This document shows positions 28,108-38,806 of a stretch of DNA of 64,000 nt, piece by piece. The position numbers were made by a program, and so were the translations under genes. Under the pieces are notes generated by a model. It worked only from the letters and a program-made list of their open reading frames with translations, was not told the DNA's origin and did not search any database. The first letter of the stretch is position 1; each line of letters begins with the position of its first letter. Location: the IMG/VR virus record IMGVR_UViG_3300027566_000007, positions 1-64,000 of that record, one strand, 5' to 3'. Source of the DNA: a virus (taxonomy: Duplodnaviria > Caudoviricetes).

Positions 28108-28275
28108 ATGAGCGATTTTGAAGACGGTGCTGAGATGGTGCGGGATTTGAGTCTCGCAGATGAAACGAGTCTCCGAGAAGAACCTGAGAAAAAAGGGAAA
28201 AGTTGTACTTTTTGCGGGCAGCTGTTTAAATCAAGTGACGATAATCCGTTTTGTCCAGATTGCCGGGAGATTTGA
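28108..28275 (+). CDS. Small Zn-finger protein (55 aa)
   Basis: CTFCG...FCPDC; RBS GAAGGTG. Confidence 0.6.
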   Translation: MSDFEDGAEMVRDLSLADETSLREEPEKKGKSCTFCGQLFKSSDDNPFCPDCREI

Positions 28276-28277
28276 GG

Positions 28278-28718
28278 ATGGCAGGAGAATCTAAAACCCT
28301 TACAGATTTTGACCTGGAACAGATGAAAAAGGCGTTTCAGGAAGCTGGTAAGAACTGCGTTGTCATGCCTTCACAGCCCGAAACCGAGGTTAAAAAGTAC
28401 GCTGAAGAACATGATAGTATAGCAGTCCTTGAAAGCCGTATTCTTGATATAGAAGAATGGATCGACGGCCTAGAATCAAGAAAGCGATCTCTGGAAAATG
28501 TCCTTAGATGGGGCATTGAGGAAAAAGCCTCAGACAAGGCTTCTGGACTCACAAATGAGACTAAACGAAAGATCGCTTATGAGATGGCTGCTGAGGACAA
28601 TGATGAGCTTCAGACGCTGTATGGCGAGATCCGGATATTCAGGCGAGAAGTTAGGGAGCTCCAGATTGAGCTTGATAATGAGAGAAGAGGATTTCAGTTG
28701 TTAATCATGGAGGTTTAA
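28278..28718 (+). CDS. Coiled-coil hypothetical protein
   Basis: Heptad-rich E/R/L sequence; RBS GAGG. Confidence 0.55.
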   Translation: MAGESKTLTDFDLEQMKKAFQEAGKNCVVMPSQPETEVKKYAEEHDSIAVLESRILDIEEWIDGLESRKRSLENVLRWGIEEKASDKASGLTNETKRKIAYEMAAEDNDELQTLYGEIRIFRREVRELQIELDNERRGFQLLIMEV

Positions 28719-28721
28719 GGC

Positions 28722-29951
28722 ATGACTGACAGCCCCGCTATTCTTGAACAAAAAATGAAAATACTCATGGGCCTCCGTGGGTATTCGATCATAAAAATTG
28801 AGGAAAAACAGGCTCTCTGGAAAATAAACTCCGAAAATGCAGTCACAGTAGATGTGTCTTTCCCTGCTGAATTGTGGGAAGTGAAACATAAGGGCAAAGT
28901 AGTCAACGACTGGAAAAAAGACCCAACTCTCCCCGCAAATACCCGAGATATGATTCAGACGCTCGATGATGAGTTTCAGGCAGCCTGGAACGAAGCTGTA
29001 GACAATGGATGGATAATCGAAACTGAGCAGCCCGTTAAAGTTCCTGAGAAAATAGAGCCTGAAACGGTTCAGTCTGAAACCCCTAAAATTGACCCTGAAA
29101 TAGAAGAAAAGAACAGGCTTGAAAGAGAAGAAAACGAAAGACGGCTCGCGATGGCTGAAGAAGCAAAGAGAATGGAAGATTCTCAAAACGCACATCTGAA
29201 ACAAGTGCCTCAAAAACAAACAGCTGAAAAATCAGAAGAGTTTACAGACCGCCCTACTGAATATGTAGAGGCTCCAGCTCCTAAAACAGGAGAAGTCAAC
29301 CTTTTTGAAGTCTTGAACAAGATATGTAAAAATGACCTTATGCAGATTTTTGGACCCACTGGCACGGGAAAGACAAGCCTTTGTACTAAACTGGCCCTTG
29401 ATTCGAAATTAAAAGGAAAATCGGTTCTATACATCGACACTGAGCACAATATGAATGATGACCAGATAGCAGCGATGCAGAAAGCTGGGATAAAATACGA
29501 GTTTATAAAGAAGTTCCCAAAACTCTGTGACTATGTAAAAAGACTGCCTTCACTCTCTAAGTATAATGTTGTGGTCATTGATAGTATAGGAGCTCCTGCG
29601 CTAGCTGCTTTTTGCAGATCAGATATGAGAGGAAAAGGCGATGTATTACAAAAATTAATTTGGATGTCGGACGACCTTAAAGAATATGCCACTGACAATA
29701 ACTCCCTGGTAGTAGCCACCAATCAGCCTGAATCATCTATGAACAAGGGAGAGAATGACATCCTGGAACCTTTTGGAGAAAAATCCAGATATTATTATAA
29801 AGAGATCCTTAAAACCAACTATGCTGCGCATGGTCGAAAGACGGGAAAAACTACACTGGTTTTGAGAGCTCATCGATCCAGATTTATGGGGATCGATACA
29901 AATGTTTGTACTATGGAAGTAACTGACAAAGGTGTAAAGGTGATCCAATGA
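28722..29951 (+). CDS. RadB/Sak4-like RecA-fold ATPase with N-terminal extension
   Basis: GPTGTGKT, LYIDTE, VVIDSIG, VVATNQ. Confidence 0.8.
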   Translation: MTDSPAILEQKMKILMGLRGYSIIKIEEKQALWKINSENAVTVDVSFPAELWEVKHKGKVVNDWKKDPTLPANTRDMIQTLDDEFQAAWNEAVDNGWIIETEQPVKVPEKIEPETVQSETPKIDPEIEEKNRLEREENERRLAMAEEAKRMEDSQNAHLKQVPQKQTAEKSEEFTDRPTEYVEAPAPKTGEVNLFEVLNKICKNDLMQIFGPTGTGKTSLCTKLALDSKLKGKSVLYIDTEHNMNDDQIAAMQKAGIKYEFIKKFPKLCDYVKRLPSLSKYNVVVIDSIGAPALAAFCRSDMRGKGDVLQKLIWMSDDLKEYATDNNSLVVATNQPESSMNKGENDILEPFGEKSRYYYKEILKTNYAAHGRKTGKTTLVLRAHRSRFMGIDTNVCTMEVTDKGVKVIQ

Positions 29952-30151
29952 CCTCATCCACTACAAATAATTATAAACTGATAGGGTTTTTCCCGGCACT
30001 GACCCTCATCTTTGTAATTGCCAAGATTTTTGGATATCTCACGTGGTCTTGGTTGTGGGTTTTATCACCTATGATTTTTGAAATAGCTTTATCAATTTTA
30101 CTTATAGCCATAATATTAATTATCGCTTTAGTAGGAGTGGTTCTGAAATGA
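29948..30151 (+). CDS. Small membrane protein
   Basis: LTLIFVIAKIFGYLTWSWLWVLSP hydrophobic pattern. Confidence 0.6.
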   Translation: MTSSTTNNYKLIGFFPALTLIFVIAKIFGYLTWSWLWVLSPMIFEIALSILLIAIILIIALVGVVLK

Positions 30152-30541
30152 TTAACACAGTCTCTATTTGTGAAACGTGCTCAAAAAATCCATGTAAATG
30201 GATGTCCGGAACAGTTGAAGAATGCCCAGGCTACCGCGAAAAGGAGGAAGTGCAGGATGAATGAAGACGAGTATGGGAAAGCAATTACCGAGTTAGCCAA
30301 AATAAATTATCAACGCACGACCACCACGCTTGAAAAACACGAATATGTAAATATCGAGGTAAAGGGCTGTACTTTGGGGGAATGTAAGAAATGTTTTGAT
30401 AATATCAAAAAAGAGGTGGATGAATGTCCCTCCAACTAACCCCCGAACAGGCCAAGAGATGGGAAGATATCAAAACCGGGAAATGGCACGATTATCCATT
30501 TGGAACGTCGCGTTCCAATACAAAAAAGGCGGTGAATAGAA

Positions 30542-31285
30542 GTGAGTGAGATTCCAGCGAAACCAAGCACCACCCAGGAAGGCCAGAACAACACTCAATC
30601 AGGAATAATGACCCTTCCTGATATCAACTTTTCTATAAACTGTCAGGTCAACGTCAATATTGATCCTGAAACGAAAACCCTGTTGATGACAGCTCTAAGG
30701 CTGCTGGAAGGTCAGAACCAAGTACTTGATAGATCGTATTCAGGGCAGAATATTAACTCAACGATCCAGCCTGAAGCCTTTGTGAACCTTATAGATGATG
30801 AGCCTCTGGAATTAAGTGTAAACATCCCTGAAGAGCTTACAGTGCCCCGGAACGAAAAGCCATTTGGTACTATAATACCTGCAAACCATAAGAAATGGAA
30901 TTATGTACCAAAATATAAAGATTTTAGCTGGACCCCAAACGGCAACGATATAATTCTTAGATATGCCCACATAACCCACGATATAGACAGGAAAACAGTG
31001 AATTATCTCCTCAAGTTCACGGGTTCAAAAAGAACCAAGGAAATTGAGAAAGTAGTGGGCTCCAAAACAAGTAAAAAGATATCGGCGATAAATATCTTTT
31101 GCAGGTCAATTGATGAGGGCATCATAAAATTCCCGGATGATCCCGAAAAAAACTTAGTGGAAACCTTTTCTCAATATCAAGCCGAAGAAGACCCGGACGC
31201 GGTATTTAGGCCAATGGTGACCCCATACTTTAGTACAGCCCCTGACTCAGAGCATGGGAAAGTCGAAGGCACTTTGGAGGGCTGA
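30542..31285 (+). CDS. Hypothetical protein
   Basis: 247-aa ORF in early operon. Confidence 0.5.
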   Translation: MSEIPAKPSTTQEGQNNTQSGIMTLPDINFSINCQVNVNIDPETKTLLMTALRLLEGQNQVLDRSYSGQNINSTIQPEAFVNLIDDEPLELSVNIPEELTVPRNEKPFGTIIPANHKKWNYVPKYKDFSWTPNGNDIILRYAHITHDIDRKTVNYLLKFTGSKRTKEIEKVVGSKTSKKISAINIFCRSIDEGIIKFPDDPEKNLVETFSQYQAEEDPDAVFRPMVTPYFSTAPDSEHGKVEGTLEG

Positions 31286-31454
31286 ACATGATGTGTACTT
31301 GTTCGAGATGTGGAGCCACTCTTAAAGACAACACGCCGGCAAATTGTATAATTATTGACGGTGGAAAAATAATCTGCTGGGACTGTGCTTTGAGTGCCTG
31401 CGAAAAAATCATAGAAAATAAAGGCAAGATAAAAGCTTCTAAGAGGTCTGCTAC

Positions 31455-31835
31455 ATGAATGCAGACCTTATAGACCGGAATACCACAGCCCATAGAAACG
31501 GCAAATTCTGCGAAGAGTATGCAAGAGAAGTAATACCTGGGCTTGAGTGGGTAAATGGAATCTATGATGCTCTTCTCAATGGCGTCCCGCTTGATGTGAA
31601 AAGTTGCCAGGCTTGGTATGAAAGGCCAAATCGTCCGACTTCGCCCAGGAAGGCCGGTATGGTAACTTTGTATCCTGAGCAGGACACAGAATTAAAAGCT
31701 AAGCATGGTATGTATTTTTGCATAGTACATTTTGGGGAGCTCGTAGTTAAATCTTTTTTTGTGCCTGCTGAGAAGGTCCCTGAGAGAAAGCAGATTTCAT
31801 GGACCACTTTACAAAAGCTCGCGGTGGCGGTTTGA
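31455..31835 (+). CDS. PD-(D/E)XK-like nuclease
   Basis: GKFCEEYA...YDALLNGVPLDVKSC. Confidence 0.55.
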   Translation: MNADLIDRNTTAHRNGKFCEEYAREVIPGLEWVNGIYDALLNGVPLDVKSCQAWYERPNRPTSPRKAGMVTLYPEQDTELKAKHGMYFCIVHFGELVVKSFFVPAEKVPERKQISWTTLQKLAVAV

Positions 31836-32239
31836 TGACAGATGAACTTGAATGTATAGAGCTTGCCGCTCATCTTCTTAATATGGAAAACAAGTACGAA
31901 GATTGGGAAGAGGTATGGGACGCACTTTATGACCTTCACGGAATTGATGAAGATGGGTTCTGCTGGCTTGTTAACAGGCTTCTTCCACTTATAAAAATAG
32001 GAGGAATGCTACCAAATGAACCCATGTACAAAGGGTTTGCAAAGCATTTGGGTGGGGACCTTGGATTATATCTGGCAAAAACCGATTTTGGTATGACCAG
32101 AAGTGAATATATTGAGCGCATTGCTTACGGTTGGGCTTATGAAAAGATAAAGGATTGTGAAACTGGTTTTGAAGTTACCATTACAAAAGATGGAAAAGAG
32201 CCGATATTACTCACCGTCTGTAAATCGGAGGTGAGATGA
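31835..32239 (+). CDS. Hypothetical protein, paralog of 19204..19563
   Basis: Shared N-terminal ~65-aa motif. Confidence 0.6.
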   Translation: MTDELECIELAAHLLNMENKYEDWEEVWDALYDLHGIDEDGFCWLVNRLLPLIKIGGMLPNEPMYKGFAKHLGGDLGLYLAKTDFGMTRSEYIERIAYGWAYEKIKDCETGFEVTITKDGKEPILLTVCKSEVR

Positions 32240-32614
32240 TGACTGACGAATGCCAATATAAAAAAACATGCCCGAATGCTCAGGATGTTTTTGCCTGCAA
32301 TGATTCTTTAGAGTGCGAATATTGCGGGATTTTTAAGCAAAACGAGAGGTTAAAGGGGGCTCTTTAATTGCCCTCTGTAGTATTAAACACCTGTTTAGAG
32401 TGCAAAAAAACATTTGAAGCAGGCGGCCAGGCTAAATTCTGTTCATCATACTGTCGATGGAGCCACAATCAGAAAAATAGCTCCAGGACAAGAGAAATCC
32501 AGGCTGAGAAAAAAAGGATTGAAGAGACACAGCGGAGCTTTAGAATTCTTTCTTTTTTTGAGGATGTGATATTATGATACCTGCCTGTATAATTATTTTT
32601 GCGGAGTAGCAACT

Positions 32615-32887
32615 ATGCGTATTAGTCAATTCGTAGAAGAGATATCTTTAAAAGGGATCTGGCCGAAAAATCCCGCTCTTTATATAAGATTTTTAAAAGC
32701 TATTCCAGGCGAGCGTCGAAATATAAGCATTTTATCCGTGGAGAGTGGGACATCCTCACAATATGGATGCAAAATAGTTAGAAATTTAGAAAAAGCAGGA
32801 TATGTTAAGCGGGTTTTTGGTGGGCAGGCACGCTATGTTATTTTGACTGAAGAAGGGGAAAACGTTGTAAGGGGGTTTAGAGAGTGA
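32615..32887 (+). CDS. Winged-helix (MarR-like) DNA-binding protein
   Basis: IVRNLEKAGYVKR...YVILTEEG. Confidence 0.7.
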   Translation: MRISQFVEEISLKGIWPKNPALYIRFLKAIPGERRNISILSVESGTSSQYGCKIVRNLEKAGYVKRVFGGQARYVILTEEGENVVRGFRE

Positions 32888-32888
32888 G

Positions 32889-33104
32889 TTATTCTTTTTT
32901 TACCGGTCTAAATAGATATACGTTCCCATATTGTATTTTTTCAAAAACCCCTGTATCTACGAGTGAAACGAGTTCCCTGGTAGCATGTCGAGTACTAAAA
33001 CCCATTTGTTCAGCAAAGCAGACAGCCGGAAGAAACGGGTATCTTTTACAAGTGTTGTACGCTTTTACTGCGCCTTTTTCTGTGAATCGCTTTTCCTGTG
33101 GCAT
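32889..33104 (-). CDS. Small winged-helix protein
   Basis: FAEQMGFSTRHATRELVSLVDTGVF. Confidence 0.55.
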   Translation of the reverse strand: MPQEKRFTEKGAVKAYNTCKRYPFLPAVCFAEQMGFSTRHATRELVSLVDTGVFEKIQYGNVYLFRPVKKE

Positions 33105-33323
33105 ATATCAATCTATTAAAATGACACGCCCATTGTATATAAACTTTATGAAACGTGTTTGTAGATTCTTGAAGCGTGTTTCTAGAAGCATAAAATATAT
33201 ATGCAATGTAGTACTTCTAACTTATAGAGGTGATAACAAATGTGTCTAAAAAATAGTTATCAATTTTCCCTAATAAGAATAAGTGAGGGATTCTAACTGA
33301 ATACTGTATTAGAAGGACTTACT

Positions 33324-33917
33324 GTGACCGAGAGAATTGAAGAGTTTCGAAGGCTGTTACAATATCCCGAGGTCCAGGAAGACCTTAAAGAACTCGTTAG
33401 AAATACCCTCGTAGAAAGTAACGTGTTTACACGACTTAATCTTATCGAATCAAATCTAGGAGCTGATGAGTTTCACTGCATCGGGCGGGATCTCAACTAC
33501 GAAGCTGGTATTTCTGAATATGAAGATGAGAGGGAACCTAGAAAACCTCTCCCTGAGCAGATTGCCGCGATTTATGCTGCAATAGATAGCAAGGAAACTG
33601 TTGTAGAAACTACCATCTTAGGCGGGAACAAGACTGAAACCAGAGCTCGGTTACTATTTGAGAAGTTGAAGGTTGTACCTTATACAAATGGTAAACGCTT
33701 CATGAAAGGCCCTGACGTTGCTAAATGGCTATTGGGAACTGAAATTAACACGGAGCTTAGGACTACAAAATCCGGAGCCAGACAAGCAGCAAAGGACGTT
33801 ATGGAAAAATGCGCAGAGTTGTTTGCAGGGGAAGTTAAATTTAATCCCGGCATTGTTGGCAAAAAACTGAAGCGGGCGTACAATATCATAGAGTATATTG
33901 AATGTAAGGAGATGTAA
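33324..33917 (+). CDS. Hypothetical DNA-binding/replication-associated protein
   Basis: 197 aa, GTG start; followed directly by repeat cluster. Confidence 0.45.
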   Translation: MTERIEEFRRLLQYPEVQEDLKELVRNTLVESNVFTRLNLIESNLGADEFHCIGRDLNYEAGISEYEDEREPRKPLPEQIAAIYAAIDSKETVVETTILGGNKTETRARLLFEKLKVVPYTNGKRFMKGPDVAKWLLGTEINTELRTTKSGARQAAKDVMEKCAELFAGEVKFNPGIVGKKLKRAYNIIEYIECKEM

Positions 33918-34206
33918 GCGCTAGCTTACAAAAGATGTAAGCGCTTGTAAGCACTTACTGACATCTTAACACTTAATTATGATAAGAAACATAGGATCTG
34001 AGTGAAAATGTGATAAAAAATATGGAGTTATTGGGGAAAAGGTAATAAACTTTTCTAAATTTCGAAAAAACCTCTATAAGTATTATAGAGAGAATAACAC
34101 GAATAGAGGATAATGTCTTACAATTTCATGTTTTAAGATTGGTAAGAAGACGTATCTTGTAAGTTAATTTTCTGGAACTTGTAAGTAAGCGCTGACAGAG
34201 CTTACA
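33903..34206. repeat. TGTAAG/CTTACA repeat cluster (candidate origin or operator)
   Basis: TGTAAG at 33903, 33913, 33936, 33946, 34158, 34180; CTTACA at 33925, 34116, 34201; palindrome GTAAGC-GCTA-GCTTAC. Confidence 0.6.
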
Positions 34207-34401
34207 AGAATTAACATACTAAAAATTTTGGTGATAATATGGCATCTTTTGTTTTTAAATGTATATGTGATGGAAAACACAAAAAAGATGACATCTGCCA
34301 TTATTGGAGTAAACATTCATTAAAATGTATATGTGAAGGTTATCACGATGATGCAAGATGTAAATTTTGGGCACAAATATACACTTTTAAAAGGTGATTT
34401 A

Positions 34402-35337
34402 ATGGAACTTAAATCTATAGAAACGGTGTATAATAATTACCGTTTTCGCTCAAGACTCGAAGCTAGGTGGGCTGTATATTTTGATACCATGGGAATAATG
34501 TATGAGTATGAGAAAGAAGGTTATGATCTTGGATTTGTAGGTAAATATCTCCCTGATTTTTGGTTACCTCAAGTTAATATGTGGGCAGAAGTAAAACCGC
34601 AAGAGTTCACAACCGAAGAAAAAAACAAAGCTATTAAACTTGCTATAGTAACCGGATACCCTGTTATAAAACTAATCGGGTTACCTGATTATGTAACTTA
34701 TAAAGCTTACCTACCCTCTTTGCATGAAACTGATTTTCTATTGTCAAATTACCATGGATACCTCGTTAGCGAGCATAGATTCTATTCAGGCACTGAGTTT
34801 TTCGGAAAACCTAAAAATGTAATGCAAAATGGAGTTTATGAGCTTGACGGAGAATCTATTAAAAAAGGAATCATTGCTTCAAAATCTGTAAGGTTTGAGT
34901 TTGATGAAAAACAGGAATGTAAAACTTTTGTAAAAGTAGATCCTGAATTAGAAAGAACAATTAAAGAGCTTAAAAGGAAACAACTTGAAAAATATCATTT
35001 AAGGCAAGCCGAACTAAAAAGGAAACAGGACGAAGAATCTAATAAAACATTCTGTGGTTCAAAAAACATTGGAACAGAAAATAAGTATGATTCTGAAGGA
35101 AAATTAAGCAACAGGTTTATTATTCGTTCTGTAATGGAAAAAGAATTCCAAATATGTTTAGAATCAATTCGATTTATAAGAAACTCTTCAAACCCTGAAA
35201 AAACACTTGAATATATTTTGAGTATTGTAACAGATGATACGGTTATCATAGATACACGTACCATGGATTTGTCTGGATTTAACGAATTCGTGTCTCAGTC
35301 TATCTCGCAGAACAAGAGCACCCATGGAGGTAATTAA
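34402..35337 (+). CDS. PD-(D/E)XK phage nuclease with C-terminal extension
   Basis: FRSRLEARWAVYFD...YEYEKEGY...YLPDFWL...AEVKP; RBS AGGTGAT. Confidence 0.75.
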   Translation: MELKSIETVYNNYRFRSRLEARWAVYFDTMGIMYEYEKEGYDLGFVGKYLPDFWLPQVNMWAEVKPQEFTTEEKNKAIKLAIVTGYPVIKLIGLPDYVTYKAYLPSLHETDFLLSNYHGYLVSEHRFYSGTEFFGKPKNVMQNGVYELDGESIKKGIIASKSVRFEFDEKQECKTFVKVDPELERTIKELKRKQLEKYHLRQAELKRKQDEESNKTFCGSKNIGTENKYDSEGKLSNRFIIRSVMEKEFQICLESIRFIRNSSNPEKTLEYILSIVTDDTVIIDTRTMDLSGFNEFVSQSISQNKSTHGGN

Positions 35338-35810
35338 ATGCCTCCCTCTGACCCACATAAAAGCATTTTCCGAACACTCTTTGATCTAGATCCAATCACA
35401 GACGACATCAACAGAATAATGGTTGAAGCTCAGCCATGCCAAACCGATCCACTTGATAATCCTGAGTGGAAGAGGTGGTCAAGATGAGACCTAAATCAAA
35501 TACTTCATGCCTAAACTTTCAAATGGAGTATCCAAGCCTAGAAGCTTATCACTTTCCAGCAGGCACTAAACACAATTCTCCATGTATGGATTCATTTTGG
35601 AGAAGTCAACCGATTAGACAAGGAAAAAAGAAGGAGTAATGGGTATGCTACAAAAAGACCACATAACCTACAATATCTCACAATCTGAAAAATATCCAAG
35701 TCGCATTCTAAATATTAACAAATGGATAGCCGAAACGAAGGAAATCATAAACTATCAAAAGAAGTTAGTAACCATCAAAAAAGAAACTGAAAAAGCATAT
35801 TTGATATCTT

Positions 35811-36323
35811 TTGATATTCCTGCTGAAAATGAATTCTGGATACCAAAAAGCCAGGCTGAAATTCAAAAAACAGTCAATGGTGATGTTTTCAGATTTTAAG
35901 AAGAAAGGGGGAATAATCATATCATCTCAAGAACTACAAGTCCTATCAGACTGGCTGACTGAAAACATAAAACTAAGTGAAGATAAACTTCACAACATTG
36001 AAAACAAACTCTCTTCGAATAAAAACAAACGAAAAATGGCCTATCTAGAAGGCCGGGTAAACACACTTACTGAAGTAAACGAACTGGTAAAATTCGCTCA
36101 ACTTGCAGAGGACACAAAGCCTGTATATAGAGAACCATTAGTCACAAACAAAGACACATCAAGATCCTTTGCTCTATCTGAAGATCCGCGTTCAAATGTA
36201 AAAAATTGCATAGTTTGTGGAAACCCGCTATCTCCTCATGATTTTGCATATGATAAGCTTTGCTCTGCCAGGTGTAGAGAGATTCATCGTGATCGTATAG
36301 AGCGTTCAACAGTGAGACAATAA
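35811..36323 (+). CDS. Hypothetical protein with C-terminal Zn finger
   Basis: CIVCG...LCSARC. Confidence 0.5.
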   Translation: MIFLLKMNSGYQKARLKFKKQSMVMFSDFKKKGGIIISSQELQVLSDWLTENIKLSEDKLHNIENKLSSNKNKRKMAYLEGRVNTLTEVNELVKFAQLAEDTKPVYREPLVTNKDTSRSFALSEDPRSNVKNCIVCGNPLSPHDFAYDKLCSARCREIHRDRIERSTVRQ

Positions 36324-36335
36324 TAAGAGGTCTGA

Positions 36336-36563
36336 ATGATAGAGCTTCTTATCCCAATTCCTAATCTTTACGCAGCCTATACCCTTTCAGAAAATAATGC
36401 TTATAAAACTAATTTAATTTACTCAGTTGGATATCTGCCTTTCATCGCTTATAACTTACACATCAATGAATTTTGGCAGGCAGGGTACTTTCTGGTTAAT
36501 TGGGTACTTGCAGTAAAAGGAGTTTATAAAGTTAAAAGGACAAAGGTGAAACAATGTCAATAG
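36336..36563 (+). CDS. Small membrane protein
   Basis: Hydrophobic 75 aa. Confidence 0.45.
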   Translation: MIELLIPIPNLYAAYTLSENNAYKTNLIYSVGYLPFIAYNLHINEFWQAGYFLVNWVLAVKGVYKVKRTKVKQCQ

Positions 36564-36717
36564 TAACCATCAATGAAATTGGACACATCTATTCAGGTAT
36601 GGGACTTTCTGAGAAAGCAAGGATTTATAAACAGTTCGCGTTTTGCAGATTGGCGGCTGTGTAAATAATCTTTTTTGATTTTCTTTTATTTAAATACTAA
36701 ACAATGGTAGAGTAAAT

Positions 36718-37248
36718 ATGCCAGCCCAAAAGAAAAGAAAATTAAAGAAACCAAAACAGGTAAATAAAAGTAAAGAATTTACCTGGTCAACAAAACGCAA
36801 AGAAGCGGCGTTATTACTATCAACCGGCTTGAAAACACAGAAAGAAGTCTGTGAGGAAATTCACATCACTGAAAAAACGATGTGTGAATGGAAGAAGTTT
36901 CCGGCCTTTTTAGAGAAAATTGACGAGCTCACTATCAAAAATGAGAATTTCACACGAGCAGGGCTGTTAAAAGAGTGTCTTAAAGGACTTTCTATAAAAA
37001 CTGATCACATATGTGAAGACAGATCAACCCATCTTGATTATGTAAAACTGATTGCGGATTTACAGGGGCACACTAAACAGAAAGTAGAGCTTGATGCAAA
37101 TTTAAAACATTCGAATGAACAAGACCCTGAAGAAATGACTGATGAAGAATTGAGGCAATCGATTAGAGATGATATCACAAAACTTATCACTGCAGGATAT
37201 GTCCAGACAAGAACTACTAAAGATATATCAGCAAGTGAAGAAAACTAA
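36718..37248 (+). CDS. terS: Terminase small subunit (HTH)
   Basis: AALLLSTG...EVCEEIHITEKTMCEWKK HTH; directly upstream of TerL. Confidence 0.75.
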   Translation: MPAQKKRKLKKPKQVNKSKEFTWSTKRKEAALLLSTGLKTQKEVCEEIHITEKTMCEWKKFPAFLEKIDELTIKNENFTRAGLLKECLKGLSIKTDHICEDRSTHLDYVKLIADLQGHTKQKVELDANLKHSNEQDPEEMTDEELRQSIRDDITKLITAGYVQTRTTKDISASEEN

Positions 37249-38761
37249 AAAAAAAGCAAGAGCTGCATCAAAAAAGCTTGCTAAATCAAACTTCCTAAAT
37301 TTCACTCGTTATACCATGGAAGATTTCCGGGAGAGCTGGCACCATAGAAAAATGGCCTCACTTCTTGAAGAATTCGTAAATAAAGAAATAACCAGACTAA
37401 TTATTGACGTTCCTCCAAGACATACCAAATCTGAATTTGTTTCTCGCCGGCTTCCTCCTTATATCTTTGGGCGATTCCCAGATGCTAAAATTATTTCCTG
37501 TTCTTATGGGGCTGACCTGGCTTCTCAAATGAATGGCGACGCACAGGCAATTATGGACGAACATTCTTATCATGAAGTTTTTCCAAATACTTTTTTAAAT
37601 AGTTCAAATGTCAGAACAGTCGCAGGATCTTATAAAAGAAACTCAGATATCTTTGAAATTGTAGGTAGAAAGGGTGTTTATAAATGTGCCGGAGTTGGGG
37701 GCGCAATTACCGGTTATGGTATGGATTACGGCATAATCGATGATTATTTTAAAAATAGAGAAGAAGCCGAGAGCCCCGTATTTAGGGAGAAGCTCTGGAA
37801 ATGGTATATGAGTACCTTCAGATCAAGGAGGCAGAAAAACGCAGCTATCCTTATTACAGCTACTCGATGGCATGAAGACGACCTGGTTGGACGACTATTA
37901 AATCTCGCTGAACAAAATCCAAAGGCGGATCAATGGGAAGTTTTTTCATTACCAGCATTAACTGATGAAGAGCCTATAGCTGAGTATGATGAAAGAACAG
38001 GGCCCAATCAGGCTTTATGGCCAGATGAATTTTCAGTAGACGACCTGCTAAGTACTAAAGCTTCTTTAACTACTTATGAATGGCTTTCACTCTATCAACA
38101 AAGACCGTCTGCAGCAGCAGGCAACCTTGTAAAGAAAGAAGACTTTAAATACTGTACTCTTGAAAACGGAGTTCTTACTCTATTCACTGACAAGGCAGCA
38201 GGCTCTAAAAAACTATTCATGCTTAACCAGTGCAAGGTATTTCAAACATGTGATCCTGCAGCCTCAGAGAAAAAAACAGCTAATGATTTCGTTTTAGCCA
38301 CGTGGGCACAGACTCCAAATAACGACCTTGCTTTAATAGATATCTTAAAAACTAATTTAGAAACCCCTAAACACGTTCCTCTTTTTAAACAACAGTATGT
38401 AAAACACCACCCTCAGCAACAATGGATTGAAACTGATGGAGTAGGCCGGCCAACATTCCAATTATTAAGAGAAGAAGGGCTCCCAATTGCTGAATTAAAA
38501 ACATCAGGGCACGATAAGTTAATTAGGTTTATACCTGCAGCTACAAGGATTACTGCAGGAGCAGTATATTTCTTAGCCGAAGCGCCTTGGTTAACGGCTT
38601 ATGAAAGCGAGCTTTTAGGATTTCCAAACACCAAACAAAACGGCCAGGTCGATGTTACGTCTTATGCTTGCCAGGTAGTTATAGAACATCCATTTATTGT
38701 TGAGTCTTACGAAACAACCTATGTAGGAGAAGGTGTAAGCTCCGGCGGCTTTTGGATATAA
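37169..38761 (+). CDS. terL: Terminase large subunit
   Basis: PPRHTKSE Walker A, GIIDDY Walker B, TRWHEDDLVG, DPAASE...NDF nuclease; start may be ATG 37199. Confidence 0.95.
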   Translation: MISQNLSLQDMSRQELLKIYQQVKKTKKKARAASKKLAKSNFLNFTRYTMEDFRESWHHRKMASLLEEFVNKEITRLIIDVPPRHTKSEFVSRRLPPYIFGRFPDAKIISCSYGADLASQMNGDAQAIMDEHSYHEVFPNTFLNSSNVRTVAGSYKRNSDIFEIVGRKGVYKCAGVGGAITGYGMDYGIIDDYFKNREEAESPVFREKLWKWYMSTFRSRRQKNAAILITATRWHEDDLVGRLLNLAEQNPKADQWEVFSLPALTDEEPIAEYDERTGPNQALWPDEFSVDDLLSTKASLTTYEWLSLYQQRPSAAAGNLVKKEDFKYCTLENGVLTLFTDKAAGSKKLFMLNQCKVFQTCDPAASEKKTANDFVLATWAQTPNNDLALIDILKTNLETPKHVPLFKQQYVKHHPQQQWIETDGVGRPTFQLLREEGLPIAELKTSGHDKLIRFIPAATRITAGAVYFLAEAPWLTAYESELLGFPNTKQNGQVDVTSYACQVVIEHPFIVESYETTYVGEGVSSGGFWI

Positions 38762-38806
38762 CCTTTTTGATTTTCTTTTATCTCTTTTTCCCAACACTCT
38801 TAATAT

